Source of the DNA: Minisyncoccota bacterium
GTDB lineage: Bacteria; Patescibacteriota; Minisyncoccia; UBA6257; JAGOQP01
Assembly: GCA_041665445.1 (NCBI GenBank)
Contig: JBAYIV010000003.1
Span: forward strand, 1 to 58,331
Reading direction: 5' to 3'
Length of the DNA: 58,331 nucleotides
The notes beneath the pieces were generated by a model. The model was not told the DNA's origin. It saw only the letters and a program-made list of their open reading frames with translations, and ran no database searches. Shown here in pieces: positions 21,413 through 30,170 of this stretch; positions within the stretch are counted from its first letter, which is position 1; every line of letters starts with the position of its first letter. Made by a program: the position numbers and the translations under genes.

Positions 21413-21486
21413 TGGTCGGGCTGCTGGGAATCGGACCCAGACCGCATGCTCCCAAAGCATGTATACTACCACTATACTACAGCCCG
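21413..21486 (-). tRNA. tRNA-Pro(TGG)
   Basis: Anticodon arm CATGC-TTTGGGA-GCATG, T loop TCCGATT, encoded CCA. Confidence 0.92.
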
Positions 21487-21681
21487 TCACTTGCCATACT
21501 ATCGTGATGGCATACAAAAAGCAACAAAGTTGCTTTTTGTATGCCATCATGAGTACAATCAATGAGATGCATAGTGTCCCCGTGGTTTCCACCAGAGGCG
21601 GATGGCACTCGGGGTGGCAGCGGATGGCGTGAATGGCGGCGAGGTGCTTTGTGCAATCAAATCATTGCGTGCTCAATAATA

Positions 21682-21753
21682 GCCCCCGTAGTTCAACGGA
21701 TAGAACAGGGCTCTTCTAAGGCCTTGATGTGGGTTCGACTCCTACCGGGGGCA
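21682..21753 (+). tRNA. tRNA-Arg(TCT)
   Basis: Anticodon loop CTTCTAA; body nearly identical to tRNA-Arg(CCT). Confidence 0.92.
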
Positions 21754-21807
21754 CTGGTTTATATTGCACGGAGCGGTTTTTTCTGTTACTCTTTTACGGA
21801 ATCAAAA

Positions 21808-21879
21808 GCCGCGGTAGCTCAGTGGTAGAGCTTTCGCCTGAAGAGCGAAGAGTCGTCAGTTCGATTCTGACCCGCGGCA
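21808..21879 (+). tRNA. tRNA-Phe(GAA)
   Basis: Anticodon arm TTCGC-CTGAAGA-GCGAA, T arm GTCAG-TTCGATT-CTGAC. Confidence 0.94.
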
Positions 21880-22071
21880 CAAGCGAGTGAAGCGAACGCA
21901 GAAGCCGCGGAGAGCGAGCAAACTGCTTTGCTCGTGATCAGAAATCGAACGCCGCCTGCCTACTGGCAGGCAGGGAGCATGTGCGAGTAGTAACGAGCAT
22001 GGCGAGGCGGCGGCTAGACCACTGCGAGCGACGGAGAGCAGTGAGTCCGAGCCGATTCTGACCCGCGATAC
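21880..22071 (+). mobile_element. tRNA-associated miniature structured element, copy 2
   Basis: Core 21911-22053 is homologous to 18945-19085. Ends in CGATTCTGACCCGCG, a perfect 15-nt duplicate of tRNA-Phe 21862-21876. Confidence 0.65.
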
Positions 22072-22148
22072 ATCCCTGGCCGACGATCAACAACCGAAGA
22101 AGACTCTCGTTGTGTGTTGTGAGTGGTTGGCCGTCGGTTAAGGAATAT

Positions 22149-22220
22149 GGTGGCCTTAGTGTAGTGGTAACACAACAGTTTGTGGCACTGTTATCACGGG
22201 TTCAAATCCCGTAGGCCACC
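22149..22220 (+). tRNA. tRNA-His(GTG)
   Basis: Encoded G-1, anticodon arm ACAGT-TTGTGGC-ACTGT, C73. Confidence 0.93.
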
Positions 22221-22348
22221 CAGAAATCGATTGTTTTTAAAAGTCATTCATGCTACACTTCAAAAAGTCCGAAGGGGGATTTTATTTTTGGTCTGTCTGA
22301 AAAATGACGCCGGAAATGACTAGTATTTAAGCGGTTTTTAAAACATCT

Positions 22349-24379
22349 ATGGCAGCAAAAAAAGCTCAAGCGCCGGAAGAAAAAAAGGTATCATACAGCG
22401 CAAAGGATATCTATGTTCTTGAGGGACTAGAGCCCGTTCGTAAGCGTCCGGGGATGTACATCGGATCGACCGGTATCGACGGTCTGCACCACCTGGTGTG
22501 GGAGGTTGTTGATAACTGCATTGATGAAGCGATGGGCGGATTTGCGACGCATATTCGCGTTGAATTGCTTCCTGACAACATGATTAGCGTGACCGATAAC
22601 GGTCGCGGTATTCCGGTTGACATTCATTCGCACACAAAGAAATCGGCGCTCGAAACGGTTTTGTGTACGTTGCATGCGGGAGGAAAATTCGGCGGTGAGT
22701 CATATAAAGTCGCCGGCGGATTGCATGGCGTGGGCGTATCGGTGGTTAACGCATTATCATCGCGGATGAAAGTTGAGGTGGACCGAGATGGCGGATCATA
22801 TGTGCAGGAGTATAAGCGAGGTGTGCCGCAATATAATGTCAAAAAAGTCGGCAAATCAGATGCAACTGGGACAAAAGTAACCTTTCAACCAGATGTGGAG
22901 ATCTTCTCAACACTCGAGGTTGATCGGAAAAAAATTATTGAACACTTGCGTCAGCAGGCCTTTTTGGTCAAGGGAATTGAGATTGAAATTATTGATACGC
23001 GCGGCGAGGTGCCGTTGTATCATGCCTTTCGGTTTGAGGGCGGATTGCTTTCGTTCCTGTCGTATTTAAATGAATTTGAGGAACCACTCAACGGCACGCC
23101 GTTTTATGTCAATAAGGAATATGAAAAAATTCAGGTTGAGGCGACGTTTGTGTATGACAATGGCGCCGATACGAAAGAATTGAGTTTTGCCAACAATATC
23201 TATACATCCGATGGCGGCATGCACTCGACCGGATTTCGCAGTGCGTTAACGCGCGTGATAAACGATTATGCTCGTGAAACGGGATATATAAAAGACAAAG
23301 AAGAAAATCTGACGGGCGATGATGTGCGCGAAGGATTGGTCGCGATTGTTTCGGTGAGAATCGGCGATCCGCAATTTGAAGGACAAACCAAGGCGCGTCT
23401 GGGTAATCCGCCCGCCCGCACGGCCGTTGAGGCGGTCGTGGCTGAAGCGCTCAAGGAATACGTGCAAAAATATCCCAATGAAGGCCGTACCATTATTGCC
23501 AAGTGTATGCTGGCGGCAAAGGCACGCAAGGCCGCCAAGGCAGCCAAGGAAACGGTTTTGCGCAAGGGGCCCTTTGAGGGGCTTTCGTTGCCGGGGAAAT
23601 TAGCCGATTGTACCTCCAAGGACCCGGCTGACTCCGAGCTTTTTATTGTTGAGGGAGATAGCGCCGGTGGATCGGGCAAGCAAGGACGTGATCGGCGTTA
23701 TCAGGCCATTCTGCCGTTGCGCGGAAAAATTTTAAACGTGGAAAAATCTCGTTTGGATAAAATGCTTGCCAACAACGAGATCAAATCGCTCGTTATCGCA
23801 TTAGGAACGGCAATCGGCGCCGACTTTACCGCAGACAAAATCCGCTATCACAAAATTATTATTATGACCGATGCGGATGTTGATGGTGCTCACATTCGTA
23901 CGTTGTTGCTGACCCTATTTTACCGTCACTTCCGTGAGATTATTGAGCGAGGATATTTGTACATCGCACAGCCGCCGTTGTATCGTGTCAGTTTCGGGAA
24001 AGAATTTAATTATGCATATGATGATGGGGCAAAGGATGTGCTGGTAGCACAACTGCAACGCATGCGTGCCGCAAAGAAGAAACCCGCTGCGCCAAATGCC
24101 GATGACCGCATTGTTGAGTCGGTGCCCTCGGAGAGCGAGGAGGCAGTTACCGACCAAAAGGGTATCACCATACAACGGTACAAAGGGTTGGGAGAAATGA
24201 ATCCTGATCAGTTGTGGGAAACAACCATGGATCCGGCGCGTCGCATGCTCTTACAAGTGGCCATTGATGACGGACAAGAGGCTGATCGGTTGTTTGATGT
24301 TCTTATGGGAGAGAAAGTCGCACCGCGCAAGCACTTTATCCAAAGTCGCGCAACCACCGTTAAAAATCTTGACATTTAG
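22349..24379 (+). CDS. gyrB: DNA gyrase subunit B
   Basis: EPVRKRPGMYIG, VEGDSAGG, PLRGKILNV, IMTDADVDG, QRYKGLGEM. Confidence 0.95.
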   Translation: MAAKKAQAPEEKKVSYSAKDIYVLEGLEPVRKRPGMYIGSTGIDGLHHLVWEVVDNCIDEAMGGFATHIRVELLPDNMISVTDNGRGIPVDIHSHTKKSALETVLCTLHAGGKFGGESYKVAGGLHGVGVSVVNALSSRMKVEVDRDGGSYVQEYKRGVPQYNVKKVGKSDATGTKVTFQPDVEIFSTLEVDRKKIIEHLRQQAFLVKGIEIEIIDTRGEVPLYHAFRFEGGLLSFLSYLNEFEEPLNGTPFYVNKEYEKIQVEATFVYDNGADTKELSFANNIYTSDGGMHSTGFRSALTRVINDYARETGYIKDKEENLTGDDVREGLVAIVSVRIGDPQFEGQTKARLGNPPARTAVEAVVAEALKEYVQKYPNEGRTIIAKCMLAAKARKAAKAAKETVLRKGPFEGLSLPGKLADCTSKDPADSELFIVEGDSAGGSGKQGRDRRYQAILPLRGKILNVEKSRLDKMLANNEIKSLVIALGTAIGADFTADKIRYHKIIIMTDADVDGAHIRTLLLTLFYRHFREIIERGYLYIAQPPLYRVSFGKEFNYAYDDGAKDVLVAQLQRMRAAKKKPAAPNADDRIVESVPSESEEAVTDQKGITIQRYKGLGEMNPDQLWETTMDPARRMLLQVAIDDGQEADRLFDVLMGEKVAPRKHFIQSRATTVKNLDI

Positions 24380-24469
24380 GGCATATCTTTATACACTGGG
24401 GATCAAAGAAGTACTGTGCCGTCCCGCTTCTTTGGTGCCGCAAACATCGAGGGATGGCTTTTTAAAACC

Positions 24470-24658
24470 ATGATGGGACGCATACAGAGATATTTTGTTG
24501 AATCGTGGAGTGAGCTCAAAAAAGTGAACTGGCCTACACGCGAGCAGACCATCCGTTTGACGACGGTGGTTGTTGGTTTGTCGTTGGCCGTCGCGGTCTT
24601 TTTGGGCGTTCTTGATATTCTGTTCGCTTACGGATTGGCGTATTTTATTGCTCGGTAA
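24470..24658 (+). CDS. secE: Preprotein translocase subunit SecE
   Basis: ELKKVNWPTR motif plus one TM helix, directly upstream of nusG. Confidence 0.92.
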   Translation: MMGRIQRYFVESWSELKKVNWPTREQTIRLTTVVVGLSLAVAVFLGVLDILFAYGLAYFIAR

Positions 24659-24677
24659 CCTGAAAATCACATTTGTT

Positions 24678-25271
24678 ATGTCAGATCAAGCAACGGCTAC
24701 ATCAAAAAATCGCGAGTTTGAAATTGACGATGCGCTGAAAGGTAAGCGGCGCTGGTATGCGGTGCATACGTATTCGGGATATGAAGACGCGGTGTCGCGA
24801 TATCTCAAACAGCGTGTTGAGTCGCTCTCTATGGAGGAGAAGATTTTCAATGCTATTGTTCCTAAGGAAAAAAAGATTAAAGTAAAGAATGGCAAGAAGC
24901 GCATTACCGAAGAGAAAATTTATCCCGGGTATGTGTTGGTGGAAATGATACTGTCGGAAGATTCGTGGTATGTGGTTCGCAACACCCCGCGGGTCATGGG
25001 ATTTGTGGGTCCCGACTCAACCAAGCCGACGCCACTTTCAAAGGATGAGGTTGAATATTTGATGGCGCGCATGGGAGAAGAGAAAGACGCGAAGTTCACT
25101 CTCGATCTGTCCGTGGGAGATCTGGTACGAATCGTCGACGGTCCGTTTAAAGATTATGAAGGAAAAGTGATTGAGGTTGACGAAGAGCATGGACGTATCA
25201 AAGCGAGCGTGCCGGTGTTTGGCAGAGAGACCATTGTCGAGATCGATTCGGCGCAAATTCAAAAAATATAA
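24678..25271 (+). CDS. nusG: Transcription termination/antitermination factor NusG
   Basis: WYAVHTYSGYE, IYPGYVLVEM, VRNTPRVMGF, KOW domain. Confidence 0.96.
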   Translation: MSDQATATSKNREFEIDDALKGKRRWYAVHTYSGYEDAVSRYLKQRVESLSMEEKIFNAIVPKEKKIKVKNGKKRITEEKIYPGYVLVEMILSEDSWYVVRNTPRVMGFVGPDSTKPTPLSKDEVEYLMARMGEEKDAKFTLDLSVGDLVRIVDGPFKDYEGKVIEVDEEHGRIKASVPVFGRETIVEIDSAQIQKI

Positions 25272-25277
25272 AATCGT

Positions 25278-25703
25278 ATGGCAAAAGCAATCAAAACAAA
25301 ATTAAAATTGCAGTTGGCGGCAGGAAAAGCTAATCCGGCTCCTCCGGTGGGAACGGCACTTGGTCCTCATGGTATTAACTTGGCGCAGTTCTGCCAACAA
25401 TTCAATGAGGCTACCAAGGATATGGTGGGGAGCATCGTTCCAGCGGAAATCACTATTTATGAAGACCGTACATTTGAGTTTGTGCTCAAAACACCGCCAG
25501 CGTCGGATTTGTTGCGGAAAGCTGCCGGCGTTGAAAAAGGAGCGGCTGACCAGGTACGCGGGAAAGTGGGCAAGGTGACTCGCGCCGATATACGAGCGAT
25601 TGCGGAAAAGAAAATGAGCGATCTTAATGCCCGCGACATTGATGCGGCGATGAAGACTATCGCCGGTACTGCTCGATCGATGGGGATTGAGGTTATTGAC
25701 TAG
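25278..25703 (+). CDS. rplK: 50S ribosomal protein L11
   Basis: [15 protein letters not shown]...GTARSMG. Confidence 0.97.
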   Translation: MAKAIKTKLKLQLAAGKANPAPPVGTALGPHGINLAQFCQQFNEATKDMVGSIVPAEITIYEDRTFEFVLKTPPASDLLRKAAGVEKGAADQVRGKVGKVTRADIRAIAEKKMSDLNARDIDAAMKTIAGTARSMGIEVID

Positions 25704-25748
25704 TTTTTGCCGTTCGTGCGGTTCGTGAGGGACCGTCGGATGTTTTAA

Positions 25749-25790
25749 AAAATACAAAGTCCTTCCCGCATGGGAGGGACTTTGTATTTT
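25749..25790. terminator. Terminator after rplK
   Basis: AAAATACAAAGTCCTTCCC-GCAT-GGGAGGGACTTTGTATTTT. Confidence 0.8.
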
Positions 25791-25816
25791 CGATGGTTTG
25801 GCGATACACTGTGTTT

Positions 25817-26446
25817 ATGCGATACGAAAAAAATTTCGTGGTTTTTGAAGGTATCGATGGATCGGGGAAGGGCATGCAAATTGATTTCTTAAAGGAATGG
25901 TATCGGAGCCGCAAAAAAACTGATGTGGTTTTTACACGCGAGCATACGCGCGATGGCCAATGGTCGGAGCAGATTGAGGCATTGATTCATGGTGATGGCG
26001 CCAATGCGGTATCGGCTGAAAAAATGCAGTTGCTCTATATTCTTGACCGCAAAGATCATCTGGAGCGTGTCGTCATCCCCGCGCTCAAAAAGGGAGAGAG
26101 GGTGATTTGTGGCCGCTATTTTCTCTCGACGCTCGCTTATGGAGGCGTCGATCGGCAATTGCACTGGAAGACGCTTTTGGAAAATCACAAGGAAATTTTG
26201 GGCGATCTCTTTGTCCTTCCAGCCAGAACAATTTTTATCGACGTCGATCCGGATGTTGCGTTGCAACACATTACCGATCGTGGCGAGGGGCATACGTATT
26301 TTGAGACGCTTGAGCGTCAGCGTATTATTCGCGATGCGTATTTGTCGATTGGGCCGCATTTTGAAGGATTTGCGGTTGTGGATGGGCGCGGAACACCCGA
26401 AGAGGTTTTTGAGCGCGTCAAAACGGCGCTGGCTGATTATTTGTAA
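25817..26446 (+). CDS. tmk: Thymidylate kinase
   Basis: FEGIDGSGK P-loop, TREH, ICGRY. Confidence 0.9.
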   Translation: MRYEKNFVVFEGIDGSGKGMQIDFLKEWYRSRKKTDVVFTREHTRDGQWSEQIEALIHGDGANAVSAEKMQLLYILDRKDHLERVVIPALKKGERVICGRYFLSTLAYGGVDRQLHWKTLLENHKEILGDLFVLPARTIFIDVDPDVALQHITDRGEGHTYFETLERQRIIRDAYLSIGPHFEGFAVVDGRGTPEEVFERVKTALADYL

Positions 26447-26478
26447 AGCGCTCTGGCTGTGGGGTATAATGTTCACCG

Positions 26479-27921
26479 ATGTATATTCCAACCATAGGAC
26501 TTGAAATCCACGCGGAGTTGGCAACAAGGCGCAAAATGTTTTGCGATTGCTTGAACGACGAAACAGAGCTTTCGCCAAACGTCAATGTATGTCCCATATG
26601 CCTCGGGCATCCCGGAACATTGCCGGTTGCTAATGAACGGGCGATTGCGTATGTCGTCAAAACCGGATCGGCGCTCAATTGCCGCATCGGTCGGTTCTCA
26701 AAGTTTGATCGAAAGAATTATTTTTATCCGGATCTTCCCAAGGCGTACCAAATCAGCCAATACGATCAGCCGTTATGCGCGGAGGGATTTTTGACTCTGC
26801 CACAGAGCAAAAAAAAGATTCGCATCACACGTATTCATCTAGAAGAAGATACGGCTCGCTTGGCGCACGCGGCCGATGGGAAGAGCAGTTTAGTTGATTT
26901 TAATCGCGCCGGCGTTCCATTGATGGAATTGGTTACCGAACCTGATTTTCACGCCGCGCAAGACGTTGTTGAATTTGCACGCGAGTTCCAATTAATTTTG
27001 CGGTACTTAGGAGTGTCTGATGGTGACATGGAGAAAGGGCATATGCGCATTGAGGCAAATATTTCTATCGCACGCGCCGATGCGAACACATTGGGGACAA
27101 AAGTTGAAGTAAAAAATCTCAACTCATTTCGAGCGGTTGAGGGAGCAATTGCGTATGAAATCGCTCGCCAAGAAGCGGTCTACGTTGATGGCGGCGTCAT
27201 TAAACAGGAAACCCGCGGATGGAATGAGGCCACGCAGGAAACCTATTCTCAACGGTCAAAAGAAGAGGCTCACGATTATCGCTATTTTCCCGAACCGGAT
27301 CTGCCGCCGCTAACGTTTGATGATGCGTATCTTGATACAATTCGTGCGCAAATCACGGAATTACCTCAGGCGCGGCGCGAACGATTTTCACAGGAATACA
27401 ATCTTTCTGAAACGCAGGCAGATCTTTTGGTGGGTGATATGACGATGGCTGATTTTTTTGAAAAAACAGTTTCTGAATTGCGTGCGTTGGACGAATATGG
27501 AGATGCGGGGATGGTGTATAATTATCTCGTCTCCGATATTCAGGGGGTCTTGAGCGCTACGGGAATGGCGCTCTCTGAAACAAAACTGCAACCGGAGCAT
27601 TTGGCGCATATTGTAGTATTTTTAGGACAAAATAAGATCTCCAGTCGCGTTGCCAAGGATGTGCTCAAAAAGAGCATGGATACGGGACGTGATCCAGAGG
27701 GGGTCTTAATCGAAGAGAATCTTTTTCAAGTCTCCGACGTTGGAGCACTTGACGCCGTGGTGCAGGAGATAATTGACAAAAATGAAAAAGTGTGCTTTGA
27801 TTATAAAAACGGTAAGGAAGCGGCGTTGCAGTTTTTGGTCGGTCAAGTCATGGCCAAAACGCGCGGTGCGGCTAATCCGGAAATTGTCCGGACGGTGCTA
27901 AAGGGAAAATTGTTAATATAA
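26479..27921 (+). CDS. gatB: Asp/Glu-tRNA amidotransferase subunit B
   Basis: IGLEIHAEL, RKNYFYPDLPK, RIHLEED, DYRYFPEPDLP. Confidence 0.96.
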   Translation: MYIPTIGLEIHAELATRRKMFCDCLNDETELSPNVNVCPICLGHPGTLPVANERAIAYVVKTGSALNCRIGRFSKFDRKNYFYPDLPKAYQISQYDQPLCAEGFLTLPQSKKKIRITRIHLEEDTARLAHAADGKSSLVDFNRAGVPLMELVTEPDFHAAQDVVEFAREFQLILRYLGVSDGDMEKGHMRIEANISIARADANTLGTKVEVKNLNSFRAVEGAIAYEIARQEAVYVDGGVIKQETRGWNEATQETYSQRSKEEAHDYRYFPEPDLPPLTFDDAYLDTIRAQITELPQARRERFSQEYNLSETQADLLVGDMTMADFFEKTVSELRALDEYGDAGMVYNYLVSDIQGVLSATGMALSETKLQPEHLAHIVVFLGQNKISSRVAKDVLKKSMDTGRDPEGVLIEENLFQVSDVGALDAVVQEIIDKNEKVCFDYKNGKEAALQFLVGQVMAKTRGAANPEIVRTVLKGKLLI

Positions 27922-27949
27922 TAACAAACAAAGGTCATTGTATACATAT

Positions 27950-28357
27950 ATGAGTTTTGAAAACATGAGTCTGAATAATAATGAGGTCAATCCAAACGAA
28001 GACGTTATTGAGGTTAACGCAGACGATCTTGATCGGGAAATGATCATGCACGACGCAGAGGTGTTGGCAGACGTTTCTTCTGCCCTAGAGACGATGGAGG
28101 CGAGTGAGCCGACATTGTTGGAAAGCGCCAAGCATGACGTAATGGAAAAAATCGCCGGCATTATGCACCAGTCATTGCCGCTGTATGAGTTGATTAAGCA
28201 AGATGTTGATGCCATCCTGGATAAGATTGAAAAAGATGAAGCGACACCAGCTGAATTAGAAGAATTTGCGGCACGGCTTAATCCGGAAGATCGAAAACCG
28301 TTTATTCATTTGGCTGATGTTATCCGTAAAAAAATCGAGTCTTCTGATTTGGTTTGA
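27950..28357 (+). CDS. Acidic hypothetical protein
   Basis: Long ORF with ATG in operon orientation. No recognised family. Confidence 0.65.
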   Translation: MSFENMSLNNNEVNPNEDVIEVNADDLDREMIMHDAEVLADVSSALETMEASEPTLLESAKHDVMEKIAGIMHQSLPLYELIKQDVDAILDKIEKDEATPAELEEFAARLNPEDRKPFIHLADVIRKKIESSDLV

Positions 28358-28430
28358 GGCGATTGGGTTTAAAAATTTTTACAATGTTTTATCATGGTTA
28401 TTATTAAACAATAAGCGACAATATAATCGC

Positions 28431-28955
28431 ATGCCATTCGAAAGACCAAAATCGGAGATTGATCCCTTAGAAATCGAGACCGCATTACAACCGACGGAGA
28501 TTGGTCATGGGGAAGTTCCTTATGTCCAGTTTGAACGCATAAAACGCGAAAAAACCGACACTATTTCCATTGAAACGTATGTAAACAATCAGGAACATCG
28601 TCGAAATATTACACTTTTTGCCAATCTGTTTGCGCACGAAATCGCTCTTACGGCGCATGATAGTGCCGAAACGGGAGATAATCACGTGCGAACATCCGAT
28701 GAGGTTCTTATCCAGTATCGATTGCTTCGCGGGTCGTTTAAGAATTGGCTTGATAACGCATCGGGGTTTGACGATGAGGAAAGGGCTATTGCCACAGAAA
28801 AATTTCAAACGATGGTAGCCAGTGAATGGTCGCATGCGCTTAATGCCGATGGTGTTTTGCCCGATCAGATCGGGTGGGGTGAAGCACGAGCCCTATGGAA
28901 GGCGCTCAACGAACCAGAGGTTTATGCGGCGCCCGAAGAAGAGCCAGCCGATTAA
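28431..28955 (+). CDS. Hypothetical protein
   Basis: ORF from ATG 28431, followed by a terminator at 28971-29005. Confidence 0.65.
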   Translation: MPFERPKSEIDPLEIETALQPTEIGHGEVPYVQFERIKREKTDTISIETYVNNQEHRRNITLFANLFAHEIALTAHDSAETGDNHVRTSDEVLIQYRLLRGSFKNWLDNASGFDDEERAIATEKFQTMVASEWSHALNADGVLPDQIGWGEARALWKALNEPEVYAAPEEEPAD

Positions 28956-28970
28956 TTTAAGAAATAATGA

Positions 28971-29005
28971 AATAAAAAACTCCGCCGTTGGCGGAGTTTT
29001 TTATT
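28971..29005. terminator. Bidirectional terminator
   Basis: AATAAAAAACTCCGCC-GTT-GGCGGAGTTTTTTATT. Confidence 0.8.
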
Positions 29006-29942
29006 CACATAATTCATTCATGAGCGACGCATTCAATGTCGGAAGAATTTTTTCCACATCAGCTATCCAGATAATATTTTTATTTCTTTTAAACCAAGTC
29101 ATTTGCCGTTTCGCATAGCGCCGCGTGTCGGCAGAAAGTTCGGCAATCATGTTTTCTTTAGATATTGTTTTTTGGAGATAGCGCGCGATCCAGCGATATT
29201 CAAGGCCGAATTGTTCAAGGCGTTTCCAGGAGAGGCCGTTTTTGTGCAGGCGCGTAACCTCGGCGATCATGCCGTGCTTTATGCGGGTATGTATGCGTTT
29301 CTCTATTCGTTCGGCGAGGATGTTTTGCGGGGGATTCATGCCGACAATAATTGTTTTCGGGTAGTACGGTTCTCGTGTAGCGACGGGGATCGGCTTGCCG
29401 GTTGTGGAAATGATTTCAAGCGCACGAATAAGCCGGCGTTTGTTGTGGGGGTCTATTGTTGCCGCTCGACGGGGGTCTTTTTTCTGCAGTTGCGCAAAGA
29501 GGTTCTCCGTGGAAATCTTGTCGAGTTTTTTGCGAAGAGCAGTGTCTGGTTTTGCAGAGGGAAACTGCACATCGTAGAGCAACGAATCAACAAAAAAACC
29601 GGTGCCGCCGCAGATGACGGGGATTTTATTTTGAGCATATATATTCTTTATCGCGGTGCGCCCTAGTTTTTGGTAACGGGCAACGGTAAATGTGCGATGC
29701 GGCCAGGCAACGTCAAGTAGATGATGGGGGATGCCCCGCATCTCTTTTTTGGTGACTTTCCCTGAAGTAAGGTTGAATTCTTTGTATACTTGTCGCGAAT
29801 CAGCGGATATTATTTCGGCACCAGCGATCCCCAATTGGCGGGCATGTTTTTTGATGGAAAGCGCAATCGCAATTGCCGCATCCGATTTGCCCGAAGCGGT
29901 AGGACCCACGATGGCAATGATGGGAAGCATTGTTTTCTGCAT
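29001..29942 (-). CDS. miaA: tRNA dimethylallyltransferase
   Basis: GPTASGKS, ISADSRQVY, HHLLD, TRRYAKRQMTWF. Confidence 0.95.
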   Translation of the reverse strand: MQKTMLPIIAIVGPTASGKSDAAIAIALSIKKHARQLGIAGAEIISADSRQVYKEFNLTSGKVTKKEMRGIPHHLLDVAWPHRTFTVARYQKLGRTAIKNIYAQNKIPVICGGTGFFVDSLLYDVQFPSAKPDTALRKKLDKISTENLFAQLQKKDPRRAATIDPHNKRRLIRALEIISTTGKPIPVATREPYYPKTIIVGMNPPQNILAERIEKRIHTRIKHGMIAEVTRLHKNGLSWKRLEQFGLEYRWIARYLQKTISKENMIAELSADTRRYAKRQMTWFKRNKNIIWIADVEKILPTLNASLMNELCE

Positions 29943-29977
29943 GGGCGTATGATACACCAAATGTCTAGGAGGATGCC

Positions 29978-30139
29978 ATGCGCGACAGAGGACTGGTTTA
30001 TCTTATAATTATCGCGTGCATCGTTGCTCCGGTATTGGTGTGGGGGTTGGCGACACCTTTCGCCCGACGGGATGACGCGGTTCAGATGCTTCGACCGTCG
30101 CTCGGTTGTGGAGAGGGGGTGGTAGATCTTTTGGTTTAA
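29978..30139 (+). CDS. Putative 53-aa single-pass membrane peptide (not in the ORF track)
   Basis: MRDRGLVYLIIIACIVAPVLVWGLATPFARRDD... preceded by AGGAGG and followed by the GGCCCCG-CGTTG-CGGGGCC terminator hairpin. Confidence 0.5.
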   Translation: MRDRGLVYLIIIACIVAPVLVWGLATPFARRDDAVQMLRPSLGCGEGVVDLLV

Positions 30140-30170
30140 AAAAGGCCCCGCGTTGCGGGGCCGATTCTTT

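Noticed and set aside
18944-22071. Single genomic island from tRNA-Arg to tRNA-Phe
   Set aside because: Each terminal repeat matches its own adjacent tRNA only ~160-190 nt away, the interval contains host tRNAs, and no integrase is present.
25889-26578. 229-aa minus-strand ORF
   Set aside because: Antisense shadow of tmk with no recognisable motifs.
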